A stretch of DNA of 64,000 bases. Source: a virus. Lineage: Duplodnaviria > Caudoviricetes. This document shows, one piece after another, positions 1-10,182 of the stretch. The notes beneath the pieces were generated by a model. That model searched no databases, was not told the DNA's origin, and saw only the letters and a list, made by a program, of their open reading frames with translations. How positions within the stretch are numbered: the first letter of the stretch is position 1; each line of letters opens with the position of its first letter. The stretch lies in the IMG/VR virus record IMGVR_UViG_3300037590_000079, positions 45,662 to 109,661 of that record; one strand, given 5' to 3'. The translations under genes and the position numbers were made by a program.

Positions 1-2256
1 ATCGTTCAGTTCGCCAAGAAAAGCGACATCCTCGTCGGTCCCGGCCGTGGCTCCGTCGGTGGCTCGCTGGTCGCGTATCTGATGGGGATCACCGAGTGCG
101 ACCCCATCCGTTTCGAATTGATGTTCGAGCGCTTCATCAACCCCGAGCGGATCGACCTGCCCGACGCCGACCTCGATTTCATGTCCGAGCGGCGGCACGA
201 AGTGGTCGAATATCTCGTCTCGAAATACGGACGCTCGAAGGTCGGCGGCGTGTCGAATTATGGCAGGCTTGCCGCGGCTTCTGCAATTCGTGATGTCGGA
301 CGCATCATCGGCATTCCCGAGAAGGACTTCTCTGTCTCGAAGATGGTGCCCAAGAAGCACGGTGCGAATGTTCCCCTGCCCGAGTGCCGCGAGGCCGTTG
401 CGGAGATTGATCAGTTCGCGCAGGCGTATTCAGAAATCTGGCCTGTCATGGAGCTGCTTGAAGGCAAGGTGCGCAACATGAGCCAGCACGCGGCCGGGCT
501 GGTGATCGCGGGGGTCGATCTGTGCGACCGCGCGGTGATCGAGAAGCGCAAGGATAACGAGGTGGTCTGCTGGGACAAGCGCACGGTCGAGAACATGGGG
601 CTTGTCAAGATCGACATTCTCGGCCTGAGCAATCTCGACCATATCGCGCTCGCGCTGGAATACATCTCGGAGCGGCACGGGCACAAGCCTGCCATCGGGC
701 GCATCCCGCTCGACGACCCCGATGTGATCGACCGTTTCGCGCGGGGCAAGACAACGGGTATCTTCCAGTTCGAAAGCGGCGGCATGCGTGGTCTGCTCAA
801 GGAGCTTGGTGCGGACGGAACGCTGTCTTTCGAGGAGATCGCCGCGGCCAGTGCCCTCTATCGCCCCGGCCCGATGGAGTCGGGCATGATGGAGAGCTTT
901 TCGCGCCGCAAGCAGGGCTACGAGCCGATCGAATACGATCATCCGCTCATGGAGCCGATCCTGAAACCGACCTACGGTGTGATCGTCTACCAGGAGCAGG
1001 TCATGAAAATCTCCCAGGCGATCGCGGGCTATACCGGTCCGGAAGCGGATAACCTTCGCAAGATCATGGGGAAAAAGCTGCCCGAGAAGATGGCCAAGGA
1101 GCGCGACAAGTTCGTGCGCGGCTGCGTTGAAACCATCCAGTGCGTCGAGGAGTGGGCCGGTGCGCTTTTCGACAAGATCGAGGGCTTCGCGGGCTATGGC
1201 TTCAATCGCAGTCACTCGGTGGAGTATTCGCTGATTTCCTACCAGTCGATGTGGCTCAAGGTGCATTATCCGGTCGAATTCTACGCCGCAGCGCTTACGA
1301 TCATGCCCGAGGAGAAGCTGCCCGGCCTGATCAAGGAGGCGGCGCAAGACGGCATCACCGTCGCGATGCCCGATATCAACAAATCGACGGATCGGTTCGA
1401 GATCGTGACCGACAAGTCGCTCGCTATTCCCTTTCAGCGCGTCAAGGGTATCTCCGAAAAGACGGCTGCCGCGATCATGCAGGCGCGTTCGAGCGGTCCT
1501 TTTTCCGACAAGGCGGATTTTCTCGCGCGTGTCGAGAAGCGGCGCTGCAACATCAGGCACCAGGATATTCTCGACAGGATCGGCGCCTTCGCGCGGATCG
1601 AGCCGGGCCAGCTTCCCGCAGACCATCCGGATCGTGTCAGGGATCAGATCGAGTTGATCCCCGGCCTTGTCACGGCCAACGTGATGATCGGGCGCGACAT
1701 GCACCGTGACAAGCTGACGCGCGGAGAGCTGAGCAAGGTGGTCGATGAATACCGCGACCAGGCCGGTGACGCGTCGATGCCGGTCAAGCCGCATTTCGGT
1801 CGCAAGCCGCGCTTCATGATCGTGTCGGACGCCCCGAACAACGAGGATGATCGCAACGGCGTCATGGGTTACGGGATGTCGAACAGTGCCGTGACCGAGG
1901 CGCTGGCCGAGGCGGGGCTCGACATGACTGCCGTCTACTGGACCGCCCTGTGCAAGGTGCCCAAGGCCGATCGCCAGGTTACGCCCGAGCAGATTGCGCT
2001 ATACAGAAAGTATCTCGAAAGGGAAATCGACCTGTTGAAGCCGCCGATCATCGTCATGCTTGGGAGCGTGACCACGCGCTTCTTTCTGCCGGGCTTCAAG
2101 GGCAAGGCGTCGGACGCGGCCGGAAAGGTGGAATACAATGCCGATTTCGACGCGAACCTGATCGTCGCGTTCTCGCCCGGTGAAATCTATCACGCGCCCG
2201 AGAAGCAGGAAAACATGAACGCGGTCTTTGCGAAGGTCGCGGAACTTCTGGACTGA
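1..2256 (+). CDS. dnaE: DNA polymerase III alpha subunit (5'-truncated) with C-terminal uracil-DNA-glycosylase-like domain
   Basis: Frame open from base 1 (VGPGRGSVGGSLVAYLMGIT); motifs FERFINPER..PDADLDF, SQHAAG, GLVKIDILGL, GIFQFES, YQEQVM, FAGYGFNRSHS. Confidence 0.97.
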   Translation: MVQFAKKSDILVGPGRGSVGGSLVAYLMGITECDPIRFELMFERFINPERIDLPDADLDFMSERRHEVVEYLVSKYGRSKVGGVSNYGRLAAASAIRDVGRIIGIPEKDFSVSKMVPKKHGANVPLPECREAVAEIDQFAQAYSEIWPVMELLEGKVRNMSQHAAGLVIAGVDLCDRAVIEKRKDNEVVCWDKRTVENMGLVKIDILGLSNLDHIALALEYISERHGHKPAIGRIPLDDPDVIDRFARGKTTGIFQFESGGMRGLLKELGADGTLSFEEIAAASALYRPGPMESGMMESFSRRKQGYEPIEYDHPLMEPILKPTYGVIVYQEQVMKISQAIAGYTGPEADNLRKIMGKKLPEKMAKERDKFVRGCVETIQCVEEWAGALFDKIEGFAGYGFNRSHSVEYSLISYQSMWLKVHYPVEFYAAALTIMPEEKLPGLIKEAAQDGITVAMPDINKSTDRFEIVTDKSLAIPFQRVKGISEKTAAAIMQARSSGPFSDKADFLARVEKRRCNIRHQDILDRIGAFARIEPGQLPADHPDRVRDQIELIPGLVTANVMIGRDMHRDKLTRGELSKVVDEYRDQAGDASMPVKPHFGRKPRFMIVSDAPNNEDDRNGVMGYGMSNSAVTEALAEAGLDMTAVYWTALCKVPKADRQVTPEQIALYRKYLEREIDLLKPPIIVMLGSVTTRFFLPGFKGKASDAAGKVEYNADFDANLIVAFSPGEIYHAPEKQENMNAVFAKVAELLD

Positions 2257-2272
2257 AAAGGATAAGTAAGCC

Positions 2273-2602
2273 ATGAGTGATAATACGAACGGCCGGTTCG
2301 TCTCGCCCTGCCCGCCGCCTACGGCGCATGAAAGCGAAGTGCTGACCATCCTCATCGAGGAGGCGGCCGAGGTGCAGCAGCGCGCCACCAAGATGCTGCG
2401 CTTCGGCGTCAAGGAGATGCAGCCCGGCCAGTCCCTGTCGAACCGCGCGCGTCTGTCCGATGAGGTCGGTGATCTGATGGCCATCATCGATATGGCGAAG
2501 GGCATCGGCCTGATCGACACCTTCAGGATCAACAAGGCGCGCGCCGAGAAATTCATCAAGCTGGACAAATACATGCAGACCAATCCGGAGACCGGGAAAT
2601 GA
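2273..2602 (+). CDS. MazG-like (all-alpha) NTP pyrophosphohydrolase
   Basis: LIEEAAEV ... LSDEVGDL (EExxE / ExGD) pattern. Confidence 0.6.
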   Translation: MSDNTNGRFVSPCPPPTAHESEVLTILIEEAAEVQQRATKMLRFGVKEMQPGQSLSNRARLSDEVGDLMAIIDMAKGIGLIDTFRINKARAEKFIKLDKYMQTNPETGK

Positions 2603-3129
2603 GCGAGAATGGCAAATACGAAATCCGCGACTTCATCGACGCCGACCAGCTGCGCCGGGACATGGCCTTTTCGACCAATGACCTGACGAACGCCATGATG
2701 GAGCAGTCCTCGCTGTTCGCGCATTACGGTGTTCTGCACGCCAAGGCGCAGCGCCAGGTGGACGCGGTCAAGATGCTGCTGGAGAGCACCGAGAGCGCCG
2801 TCTACAAGGCGCTGCGCAACAAGATGGAGTCGGATGGCAAGAAGCCGACCGAGGCGCTGCTCGACAAGATGGTGACGAGCCATCCGCGCGTGGTCGGAAT
2901 GAAGCGTGCGCTCGCCGAAGCGCGGCAGGTCGAGGCAATCGGCAAGACCGCCGTAGAGGGTTTCCGGCATCGGCGCGACATGCTCATCCAGCAAGGGCTG
3001 ATCTCGCGTGAGGAGATGAAGGGCGAGGCGCGCATCGCCGAGCGCAACGCGCGCGACGACGCTTATGGCATGCAGAAGGAAAGCGTTCTCCAGCGCCTGC
3101 GCGAGCGGGATTCCGGCGCTGAAAATTGA
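2599..3129 (+). CDS. Helical protein, possibly a UvsY-like recombination mediator
   Basis: Coiled helical 176 aa with KPTEA..DKMV and RRDML motifs; next to the SSB and RecA genes. Confidence 0.5.
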   Translation: MSENGKYEIRDFIDADQLRRDMAFSTNDLTNAMMEQSSLFAHYGVLHAKAQRQVDAVKMLLESTESAVYKALRNKMESDGKKPTEALLDKMVTSHPRVVGMKRALAEARQVEAIGKTAVEGFRHRRDMLIQQGLISREEMKGEARIAERNARDDAYGMQKESVLQRLRERDSGAEN

Positions 3130-3262
3130 TCAGTAACCGCTGATTTTTTTTCGCACGCCCAGATAAGTCGTGCTATATATGATCTAGCTGTTTAGCTTGA
3201 TAGCTAGCAGCAAGAACCCAAGCAGCCGTGATGGCAGCAGGAAGCAGAAAAGGAAGTGAAAA

Positions 3263-4177
3263 ATGGCACTTGATCCGCGCCTTCGTAAGATGGTCAGTCA
3301 GTCCAAGTCGAAATACAAGAGTAACGCCGGCGACATCCTCAAGCCCAAGGATGGGCGCAATCGCTATCGGCTGATCGCGCCGCGCCCCGAGCAGGCGAGC
3401 TGGGTTCCCGCCTCGTGCCAGTTCTGGGCGGATCTCGGTGTCCACTGGATCAAGCCCGCCGAAAACGCCAAGCCGATCGCTGTCGTCGGCGACCGCGAGA
3501 TCGTCTACCAGGAGCCGAACCCGATCAACACCGCGATCAACGCGGCCATCGATTCCGCCGTGGACGAGGAGTCGCAGGAGCTCTACAAGGGCTGGCGCTC
3601 GCGGCACACCGTGCTGGTCAACGTCGTGGATCGCGACAACAACGACAACGAGGAGATCCTGGAACTCACGCGCAACACGTTCAGCGCCGTTCTGGATCTG
3701 ATGGACATGTATGCCGAGGAGGGTCAGGATATCACCGACCCGAACGAAGGCATCGATATCTTCATCACTCGCACCGGCAAGGGGCTCAACACCGAATACA
3801 CGGTGTCGATCGCGCCGGGCAAGTCGCAGCCGATTCCCGAGGAAACCGTCACCAATGCCACGAACCTGTTCGAATTCATCGAGCAGAAATTCTTCCGCAT
3901 GGGCGACGAGCAGAAGGCGCTGAACGCGATCCAGCAGATCGCCGGCGTCGCGGTGCCCTCGCTGGAGAACAAGTCGGCAGCAAGCACGCCGACGGCGGCG
4001 CTGACCTCGTCGGCCGCGACTGTCGGTGACGCCGACGAGAGCGAGCCGGAAAAGGCCAAGGCCAAGCCCGAGACCCCGCCGCAGGCCGAGACCCAGGTTT
4101 CGGACGACGAGCTGGCAGCAAGCGGCATCGACGAAGAGGATACCGATCAGATCCTCTCGGAGCTTGACGGAATCTGA
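3263..4177 (+). CDS. gp32-like single-stranded DNA-binding protein
   Basis: RYRLI..P, HWIK, DITDPNEGIDIFITRTGKGLNTEYTV; acidic C-terminal tail; own promoter and terminator. Confidence 0.75.
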   Translation: MALDPRLRKMVSQSKSKYKSNAGDILKPKDGRNRYRLIAPRPEQASWVPASCQFWADLGVHWIKPAENAKPIAVVGDREIVYQEPNPINTAINAAIDSAVDEESQELYKGWRSRHTVLVNVVDRDNNDNEEILELTRNTFSAVLDLMDMYAEEGQDITDPNEGIDIFITRTGKGLNTEYTVSIAPGKSQPIPEETVTNATNLFEFIEQKFFRMGDEQKALNAIQQIAGVAVPSLENKSAASTPTAALTSSAATVGDADESEPEKAKAKPETPPQAETQVSDDELAASGIDEEDTDQILSELDGI

Positions 4178-4220
4178 TCGCGTAGTCCCCTCACGCGGTC
4201 AGGCCACGTTCGCGTGGCGC

Positions 4221-4256
4221 AACGGGGGTGGTTCGCTTGCCACCCCCGTTTTCTTT
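4221..4256 (+). terminator. Intrinsic terminator after the SSB gene
   Basis: AACGGGGGTGG / CCACCCCCGTT stem followed by TTCTTT. Confidence 0.8.
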
Positions 4257-4270
4257 CAAGCGAGGCTATC

Positions 4271-5206
4271 ATGAAAAACTACTTCCTCGTGGATGGCAAC
4301 AGCCTCGGGCACTTCGCCAATGCAGGTGCGCGGCTGAGCATCGGTGAGCTTCCCGTTCAGGCCATCTACAATTTCCTCAAGAACCTGCGCAGAAGCACCG
4401 CGCTCGCGCAGCACTATCGTTTCGCGGTGCTCTGGGACGGCGCGTCGTGGCGCAACATGGAATATCCCGAATACAAGGCAAATCGCGAGAAGAAGGACAC
4501 GAAAAGTGAGCGCCATCTTCATGAAATGAAGGCGATGTATCACAAGCAGCGTCCTTACATCCAGAAGGCGCTGCGTCTTCTCGGCGTGACCCAGGTCAAG
4601 GCCGCGAACATGGAGGCCGACGATCTCGCCGCGATCATGGCGGATCGCTACGCGCGCAACGGCCGGGTCGTTCTCTGGACAGGTGACAAGGACTGGATCC
4701 AGCTCGTTCAGCCCAATGTGATCTGGCGCGATTTCGCCAATGACAGGCGTATCAATCACGAGAATTTCGAGGAAATGACCGGTGTGAAAACACCGCGGCA
4801 GTTCGTCGAGGTGAAGGCGCTGTCCGGCGATCAGGGTGACAATATTGCCGGTGTCGGCGGTATCGGCGAGACGGGCGCGATCCAGTTCGTCAACAAGTTC
4901 GGCAGCTTTTCCGATTTCGTGAACATGGTCACGCTGGAAAAGAGCGTCGATTTCGAGAAGCTGCCGAAGAAATACAGGGCTCTGATCGAGGACGAAACGA
5001 AGGCGCTCAGGTTCCAGGCGAATCTTGATCTGGTCGATCTGCGCACGTCCATGCGTCCCGCGCCCGTCAACTTGCAGATCGACAAGGGCGAGCCGGATGC
5101 GGAGAGATTTCGCAAGCTGTGCGACCTGTTGCTGTTCGAATCCATCACGCGTGATCTGGACGAATGGCTGTCGGTCTTTCCCGCCTGGAGAAAGGAGCCC
5201 TCATGA
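4271..5206 (+). CDS. 5'-3' exonuclease / flap endonuclease (PolI N-terminal, T4 RNase H-like)
   Basis: LVDGNS, WDG, YKANR, EADD, TGDKDWIQL, GDQGDNIAGVGGIG. Confidence 0.93.
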   Translation: MKNYFLVDGNSLGHFANAGARLSIGELPVQAIYNFLKNLRRSTALAQHYRFAVLWDGASWRNMEYPEYKANREKKDTKSERHLHEMKAMYHKQRPYIQKALRLLGVTQVKAANMEADDLAAIMADRYARNGRVVLWTGDKDWIQLVQPNVIWRDFANDRRINHENFEEMTGVKTPRQFVEVKALSGDQGDNIAGVGGIGETGAIQFVNKFGSFSDFVNMVTLEKSVDFEKLPKKYRALIEDETKALRFQANLDLVDLRTSMRPAPVNLQIDKGEPDAERFRKLCDLLLFESITRDLDEWLSVFPAWRKEPS

Positions 5207-5457
5207 TTCCGATGCGCATTTCCAATGCCACGCGCATTCTTGCCGAAAACCAGGACGAGTATCACGCCCTCGCGATCCACGACCATCAGGACGCGCAGGG
5301 TAACAACGTGATGATCTCGCTCTGGGAGCCCACCCCGGCAGAGATCGAGCATATCAAGGCGGGTGGTCATATCCGGCTCGGTATTCTCGGCCGCATCCAC
5401 CCGCCCGTTCACATCACCACGCAGGCGCCGCCTGCTGTCGAAGAAGGAGAGACGTAA
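5203..5457 (+). CDS. Hypothetical protein
   Basis: ATGA overlap with the upstream gene; AAGGAG RBS. Confidence 0.7.
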   Translation: MIPMRISNATRILAENQDEYHALAIHDHQDAQGNNVMISLWEPTPAEIEHIKAGGHIRLGILGRIHPPVHITTQAPPAVEEGET

Positions 5458-6536
5458 TGTCCAGACCCAAGGATATCGCAAGCGTTCTGGGAAGCGCGAT
5501 CGGTGGCAATGACGAGGAGAGCACCGTCACGCAGTTTCTCGAAAGCGGGTTTCCGCCTCTGAACCACGCCAGCCATGCCGCCTGGGAAGGCTGCTTTCCG
5601 GTCGGCCGCATCTCCGAGATCGCCGGTCCGGCCTCGGCCGGCAAGACCGCCTTGTCCACCATCGCCATGATCAGTGCGCAGAAGGCGGGCGGTATCGCGT
5701 GCTTCATGGATCACGAGCGCAGCTTCCAGTTCACCCTGGCCAAGAAGCTCGGGCTCGACACGTCCGAAGGCCGCTTCGTCTACAAGAAGCCCAATACCTT
5801 CGAGCAGTCCATCGATATCTTCCACCGGGTCTGCTCGACGGTGCGTGACGGGAAGCTGATCCCGAAAACCGCGCCGATCTGCTTCGTGTTCGACAGCCTT
5901 GCCGCGATGGTTCCTCAGTCGGTTCTGACTGACGCGAAAGGGAAAGAGCGCGACGCCAAGGACCGGAACATGAACGACAACACCGCCCTGGCGCGCGCCA
6001 CGAGCGCACACTTTCCGGCCGTCTCGATGCTGACCGAGGAATACGATGTGGCGACCATCTTCCTTAACCAGATGCGCAACAAGATCGGCGTGATGTTCGG
6101 CGATCCGCGCAAGACCACCGGCGGCGACGCGCCCGAGTTCTACTTCGCGCAGCGGCTGTGGCTGTCGGCGAAGCAGATCAAGAAGGGCACCGAGGTGATC
6201 GGTAACGAGGTCACGGGCAAGTTCGTCAAGAACAAGGTCTCGCGGCCCTTCGTGTCGGCGTCCTGGCGCTTCATGTTCGAGGAGGACGGCTCCGGTCGCT
6301 TCGACCAGGAGCGCTCGATGATCGACTTCCTCGAAGGCGAGGGCATCCTTGAGCAGGGCTCGAAGGCCGGCACGGTGATCTGGGAGGGCAAGCAGCGCGG
6401 TCGGCAGGAGCTTGCCGACATGATCCGCTCGGCCAATGCCTTCGACCAGCTCAAGGCGCTTCTGCCGAAGGCATACGAGCCGAAGATCGTCGAGTCCGTT
6501 CCGAAAATGACGGAGGAAGCTGAAAAGCCCGGCTGA
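5457..6536 (+). CDS. recA: RecA/UvsX-like recombinase
   Basis: GRISEIAGPASAGKT, FMDHE, VFDSLAAM, IFLNQMRNKIGVMFGDP..TTGG, VKNKV. Confidence 0.95.
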   Translation: MSRPKDIASVLGSAIGGNDEESTVTQFLESGFPPLNHASHAAWEGCFPVGRISEIAGPASAGKTALSTIAMISAQKAGGIACFMDHERSFQFTLAKKLGLDTSEGRFVYKKPNTFEQSIDIFHRVCSTVRDGKLIPKTAPICFVFDSLAAMVPQSVLTDAKGKERDAKDRNMNDNTALARATSAHFPAVSMLTEEYDVATIFLNQMRNKIGVMFGDPRKTTGGDAPEFYFAQRLWLSAKQIKKGTEVIGNEVTGKFVKNKVSRPFVSASWRFMFEEDGSGRFDQERSMIDFLEGEGILEQGSKAGTVIWEGKQRGRQELADMIRSANAFDQLKALLPKAYEPKIVESVPKMTEEAEKPG

Positions 6537-6593
6537 CCCTTCTCATGCGCGCCTGTTCTGCTATAACACCTGAAATAGCAGAACAGGCGTATC

Positions 6594-7121
6594 ATGAAGG
6601 TCATAAGCATCTGGCAGCCGTTCGCCTCTCTCGTCGTTCATGGCTGCAAGGTTTTCGAAACACGAGGATGGCCCGCGCCGCAATCGCTGATCGGTCGAGA
6701 GCTGGGTATCGCCGCGACCAAGTCGATCAATCCCGCACAGCGCGCTCACTGCGCCCAGGAGAGCTTCCAGCTGTCTTATGCTGCTACTGCCCTGCCCGAG
6801 TGGGAAACGCTTCCCAGGGGCGCTCTGCTGGGCCATGTGACGCTCTGCGCGGTCGAGGAGATCGACGAGGAGCTTCTGGAGAACGTCTCCGTGCATGAGC
6901 AGGCGTTCGGCTGGTGGGAGCCGGGTGGATACGCCTGGCGCCTGACGAACCCGGTGATCTACCCCGAGCCCGTTCCGATCCGCGGCAGGCAGGGCATCTT
7001 CGACTGGAACGGGAATCCGTATCATGTCGGATCTTCGGAGGATGAAGCAGGCCGCCAAGGAGCTGGTCCGGGGCGGCCGGACGAACCGGAGACTTTACGG
7101 CGGCATCTACGAGCTGTCTGA
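6594..7121 (+). CDS. ASCH domain protein
   Basis: MKVISIWQPFASLVVHGCKVFETRGW ... RGRQGIF. Confidence 0.85.
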   Translation: MKVISIWQPFASLVVHGCKVFETRGWPAPQSLIGRELGIAATKSINPAQRAHCAQESFQLSYAATALPEWETLPRGALLGHVTLCAVEEIDEELLENVSVHEQAFGWWEPGGYAWRLTNPVIYPEPVPIRGRQGIFDWNGNPYHVGSSEDEAGRQGAGPGRPDEPETLRRHLRAV

Positions 7122-7440
7122 CGGCCGCAACGTCTACCTCGCCTATCGCTGGCGCAAGGAGATCTTCCTCAATGGCGAGAAATCCATCAACGCGGCCCTC
7201 GACAAGGGGGTCGCGTGCTGGGCGATGGACCAGGACACCCTGTTCAACATGCGGATCAGGATGATCGAGATCGTCGGGGTCTACATGCGCGACGAGCGCA
7301 ATATCTACATCACCCGGCTGGAAAATTTCTTCGATACCGACAAGTCCAGGATCATGAATTTCGAACGGCGGGGTGGTGCGTTGCAGCGATATCTTCCGCT
7401 GCAATATTTCGACATGCTCAAGGGAAGATCGAAGATTTAG
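7024..7440 (+). CDS. Hypothetical protein
   Basis: 138-aa ORF with normal composition; overlaps the ASCH gene tail by 98 nt. Confidence 0.65.
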   Translation: MSDLRRMKQAAKELVRGGRTNRRLYGGIYELSDGRNVYLAYRWRKEIFLNGEKSINAALDKGVACWAMDQDTLFNMRIRMIEIVGVYMRDERNIYITRLENFFDTDKSRIMNFERRGGALQRYLPLQYFDMLKGRSKI

Positions 7441-7508
7441 AAGTTCCCGCGATCATTTCGTCGCGTGTTCTGCTATAAAGTAAGTAAGACATGACATAAG
7501 AGGGGCTT

Positions 7509-8231
7509 ATGAAACAGGACAAGACAGGCCAGATCGTCGCCAATCCCAACAGCAATGGCCAGGAAATGATCAAGGCTATGGACTTCGCGATGAGGGTTCG
7601 TCCCGACCTGACCAAGTCGGTTCTTTCGAGGCTCCTCGCGTGGATGCGCGAGGATGGCGTTGTCGAGATGAAGAAGGGCGACGGTCTGGGTGTCGCCTAT
7701 CACTTCGCGGAGCGCGACAAGGCCGCGTTCATGGCGTTCATTCGTGACCAGAGAAACGTCGGTGTCGCGATCTCCGAAATCTGCAAGATGTCCTCGGGCA
7801 AGCCCATCATCGACGAGGAGATCGACGGTGTTCGTCTGAGGGCCGGAACGCGCGAGGAGGCGCGGGATCTCATTCGCATGGCGTTCGGCATCAACGAACA
7901 AATAACGGACGAGAAGAATGCCCTGATCGAGCGCGTGAAAAGTCGCGACGAGGTGATCGAGGCTCTCAAGAAGGAGCTTCGGAGGGCTGGAAGGACCAAG
8001 GACGAATATTGGCGGCGCGTGCGCATTGCCGAGCACGGCAACAAGGAGCGTGACGCGCAGATCAACAACCTGCAAGAGAATGTGGGCTCGCTGATCGAGC
8101 AGATGGCGGAACAGGGAATGCGGCCGCGTCTCAAGATCCGCTCCCCTGTCCCCCTTCCCAGGAAGAAAGCGCGCCCGTCGAAAAAGATGTGCGATGTTAT
8201 CTCCGAGATCGAGAAGAGGATCATCAAGTGA
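7509..8231 (+). CDS. Hypothetical coiled-coil protein
   Basis: Downstream of a TGCTATAA promoter and operator; GAGGGG RBS. Confidence 0.75.
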   Translation: MKQDKTGQIVANPNSNGQEMIKAMDFAMRVRPDLTKSVLSRLLAWMREDGVVEMKKGDGLGVAYHFAERDKAAFMAFIRDQRNVGVAISEICKMSSGKPIIDEEIDGVRLRAGTREEARDLIRMAFGINEQITDEKNALIERVKSRDEVIEALKKELRRAGRTKDEYWRRVRIAEHGNKERDAQINNLQENVGSLIEQMAEQGMRPRLKIRSPVPLPRKKARPSKKMCDVISEIEKRIIK

Positions 8232-9304
8232 CCTATGCAGTCGTTTCCGACATTCACGCGCACGCGTGGAACCTGTTCTCCACGACGCTCGACAGCGGCG
8301 TCAACTCCCGGCTCCAGGTTGTTCTGGACGAATTGCGCAGGACGGCATCGACGCTTCGCGCAAAGGGCGGAAAGTCCCTGATCGTCGCCGGCGACGTGTT
8401 TCACAAGCGCGAATTTCTCGACCAGGAGGTGCTCAATCCGGTGCGTGCCGTGTTCCGCGAAATCGCGGAGAGCGGTATCACGGTCGTGATCATCCCCGGC
8501 AATCACGATCTCAAGTCCGAGGAGACCTGCGAGCTGTCCAGCTCGGTGCAGAATTTACGCCAGAGCACCGCGAAGGGCTCGGTGCATGTCGTCAACGAGC
8601 CCAAGATGATCGCGCTGAACGGATACATTGTCGGCCTTGTGCCCTGGCGGCCGCGGCGCGAGGATCTTCTGGCCGACATGGAAGCGCTCTCGAAGCACGG
8701 CAAGGCGGCAGAGGCCGACGTGTTCATTCATGCCGGTATCGACGGCGTGCTCTCGGGTGTGCCGGCGAACGGGCTGACGGCGTCGGATCTTGCGGCTTTC
8801 GGCTTCCGGCGCGTTTTCGCCGGGCATTATCATCATCACAAGGACATGGGCAGCGGCGTCTATTCCATCGGCGCCACGACGCATCACAACTGGGGTGACA
8901 TCGGCACGCTCGCAGGCTTTCTCACGGTCGATGAAAGCAGTGTCGAATTCCACGACACCCAGGCGCCGAAATTCATCGATATCTCCGGCATGTCCGAGGA
9001 TGACATGGAGCTTGAAGTGCCCGGCAACTACGCGCGCTTCCGTGGCCCGCAGATGTCCCAGGAGGATATCAACGCGTTTCGCAGGCAGCTGCGGGACTGG
9101 GGTGCGAAAGGTGTTTCCATCGAGGTGCCGCGCGCAGTCGTCGCCGCACGCGCACCCGCGTCATCCGGCAAGTCCCTCGCGGAGTCGCTGCGCGATTTCG
9201 TCCGGCAGGACAAGAATGTCCCGCAGCATCTCGACCGCGACAAGATCTCCGCGCGCGCCGAGGAGGTGCTGACGGAAGTCCAGAGCGTCACGGAGGATGC
9301 CTGA
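8228..9304 (+). CDS. Mre11/SbcD-like metallophosphoesterase nuclease
   Basis: GTG start; SDIH, AGDVFH, PGNHD, AGHYH motifs. Confidence 0.9.
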   Translation: MTYAVVSDIHAHAWNLFSTTLDSGVNSRLQVVLDELRRTASTLRAKGGKSLIVAGDVFHKREFLDQEVLNPVRAVFREIAESGITVVIIPGNHDLKSEETCELSSSVQNLRQSTAKGSVHVVNEPKMIALNGYIVGLVPWRPRREDLLADMEALSKHGKAAEADVFIHAGIDGVLSGVPANGLTASDLAAFGFRRVFAGHYHHHKDMGSGVYSIGATTHHNWGDIGTLAGFLTVDESSVEFHDTQAPKFIDISGMSEDDMELEVPGNYARFRGPQMSQEDINAFRRQLRDWGAKGVSIEVPRAVVAARAPASSGKSLAESLRDFVRQDKNVPQHLDRDKISARAEEVLTEVQSVTEDA

Positions 9305-9531
9305 TGGAGCAGTGGCACTGGAGCGAGTGGATCGCGCATGACGACAAGGGCTGGCCCGAGGGCGTCGAGCCCGACGAGATCGTTCTCGCCGATATCGATG
9401 GCGACATCATGACGCCCATGCCGGCATGCCGGATTTCCTGGCACTGTCCGGGCGACCCGGTGCGCCGGTTCAGGCGGCGCATCTGGTCTGCGCCTGCACA
9501 GGCCGAAAAGACCCGCGAGCATTCCGTCTAA
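9304..9531 (+). CDS. Hypothetical protein
   Basis: TGATG coupling to the upstream gene. Confidence 0.6.
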   Translation: MEQWHWSEWIAHDDKGWPEGVEPDEIVLADIDGDIMTPMPACRISWHCPGDPVRRFRRRIWSAPAQAEKTREHSV

Positions 9532-9582
9532 GTATCTGTTATAAGTGACTAAATGCAGAGACAAGCAAGAGGGGAAAGTCTC

Positions 9583-9957
9583 ATGGCGCAGCTTTACGAT
9601 ATCAGCTTCACGACCTCGAAGATCGCGAGTGTCTACGACGAGAAAGGCAATCTCACCACGCAGCGGTCGATGAACGAACCGATCCGGCTGACCGCCCTGC
9701 CCTACAGCACCGCCAAGGCGTATAGCGGCTGCGACAACTTCGAGATGGTTCCGCACGAGCCCGAGGCACGGCGTGGGCGCAAGACGCAGTCCGGCAGGGC
9801 CAAGTGGGGCGAGGCCGCGCCGCTCAAGACCGAGCGCGTGTCGAAGGGCAAGCGGACCGGCGAGATCACCGTGACCAAGGCGGGCAAGAACAGCGGCAAG
9901 TCGAGCGTGCAGCGCGCCGCCGAAACCGGCGATTATTCCGCCGCGATCAATAAGTAA
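9583..9957 (+). CDS. Hypothetical basic protein
   Basis: GAGGGG RBS; promoter-like TGTTATAAG upstream. Confidence 0.7.
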   Translation: MAQLYDISFTTSKIASVYDEKGNLTTQRSMNEPIRLTALPYSTAKAYSGCDNFEMVPHEPEARRGRKTQSGRAKWGEAAPLKTERVSKGKRTGEITVTKAGKNSGKSSVQRAAETGDYSAAINK

Positions 9958-9960
9958 GGA

Positions 9961-10182
9961 GTGACGAACATGATCGATTCCCGAATGGTCGAGGAGATGG
10001 CCGACGCCGGCTACGCACCCGATTTCGACGATACCGATCCGTGGAAGCCGGAGAGCAATGTCGATGAACATCCCATCTACACCGTCGAGGAGTGGAAGAT
10101 GGATGTCGCGCTCGACCAGACCCGGCTCGGATATCACGCCTACGTGAACAAGTGCCTGGCGCTTGAGGAAGCGGGGCGCTGA
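9961..10182 (+). CDS. Hypothetical protein
   Basis: TAAGGAG RBS; operonic. Confidence 0.65.
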   Translation: MTNMIDSRMVEEMADAGYAPDFDDTDPWKPESNVDEHPIYTVEEWKMDVALDQTRLGYHAYVNKCLALEEAGR

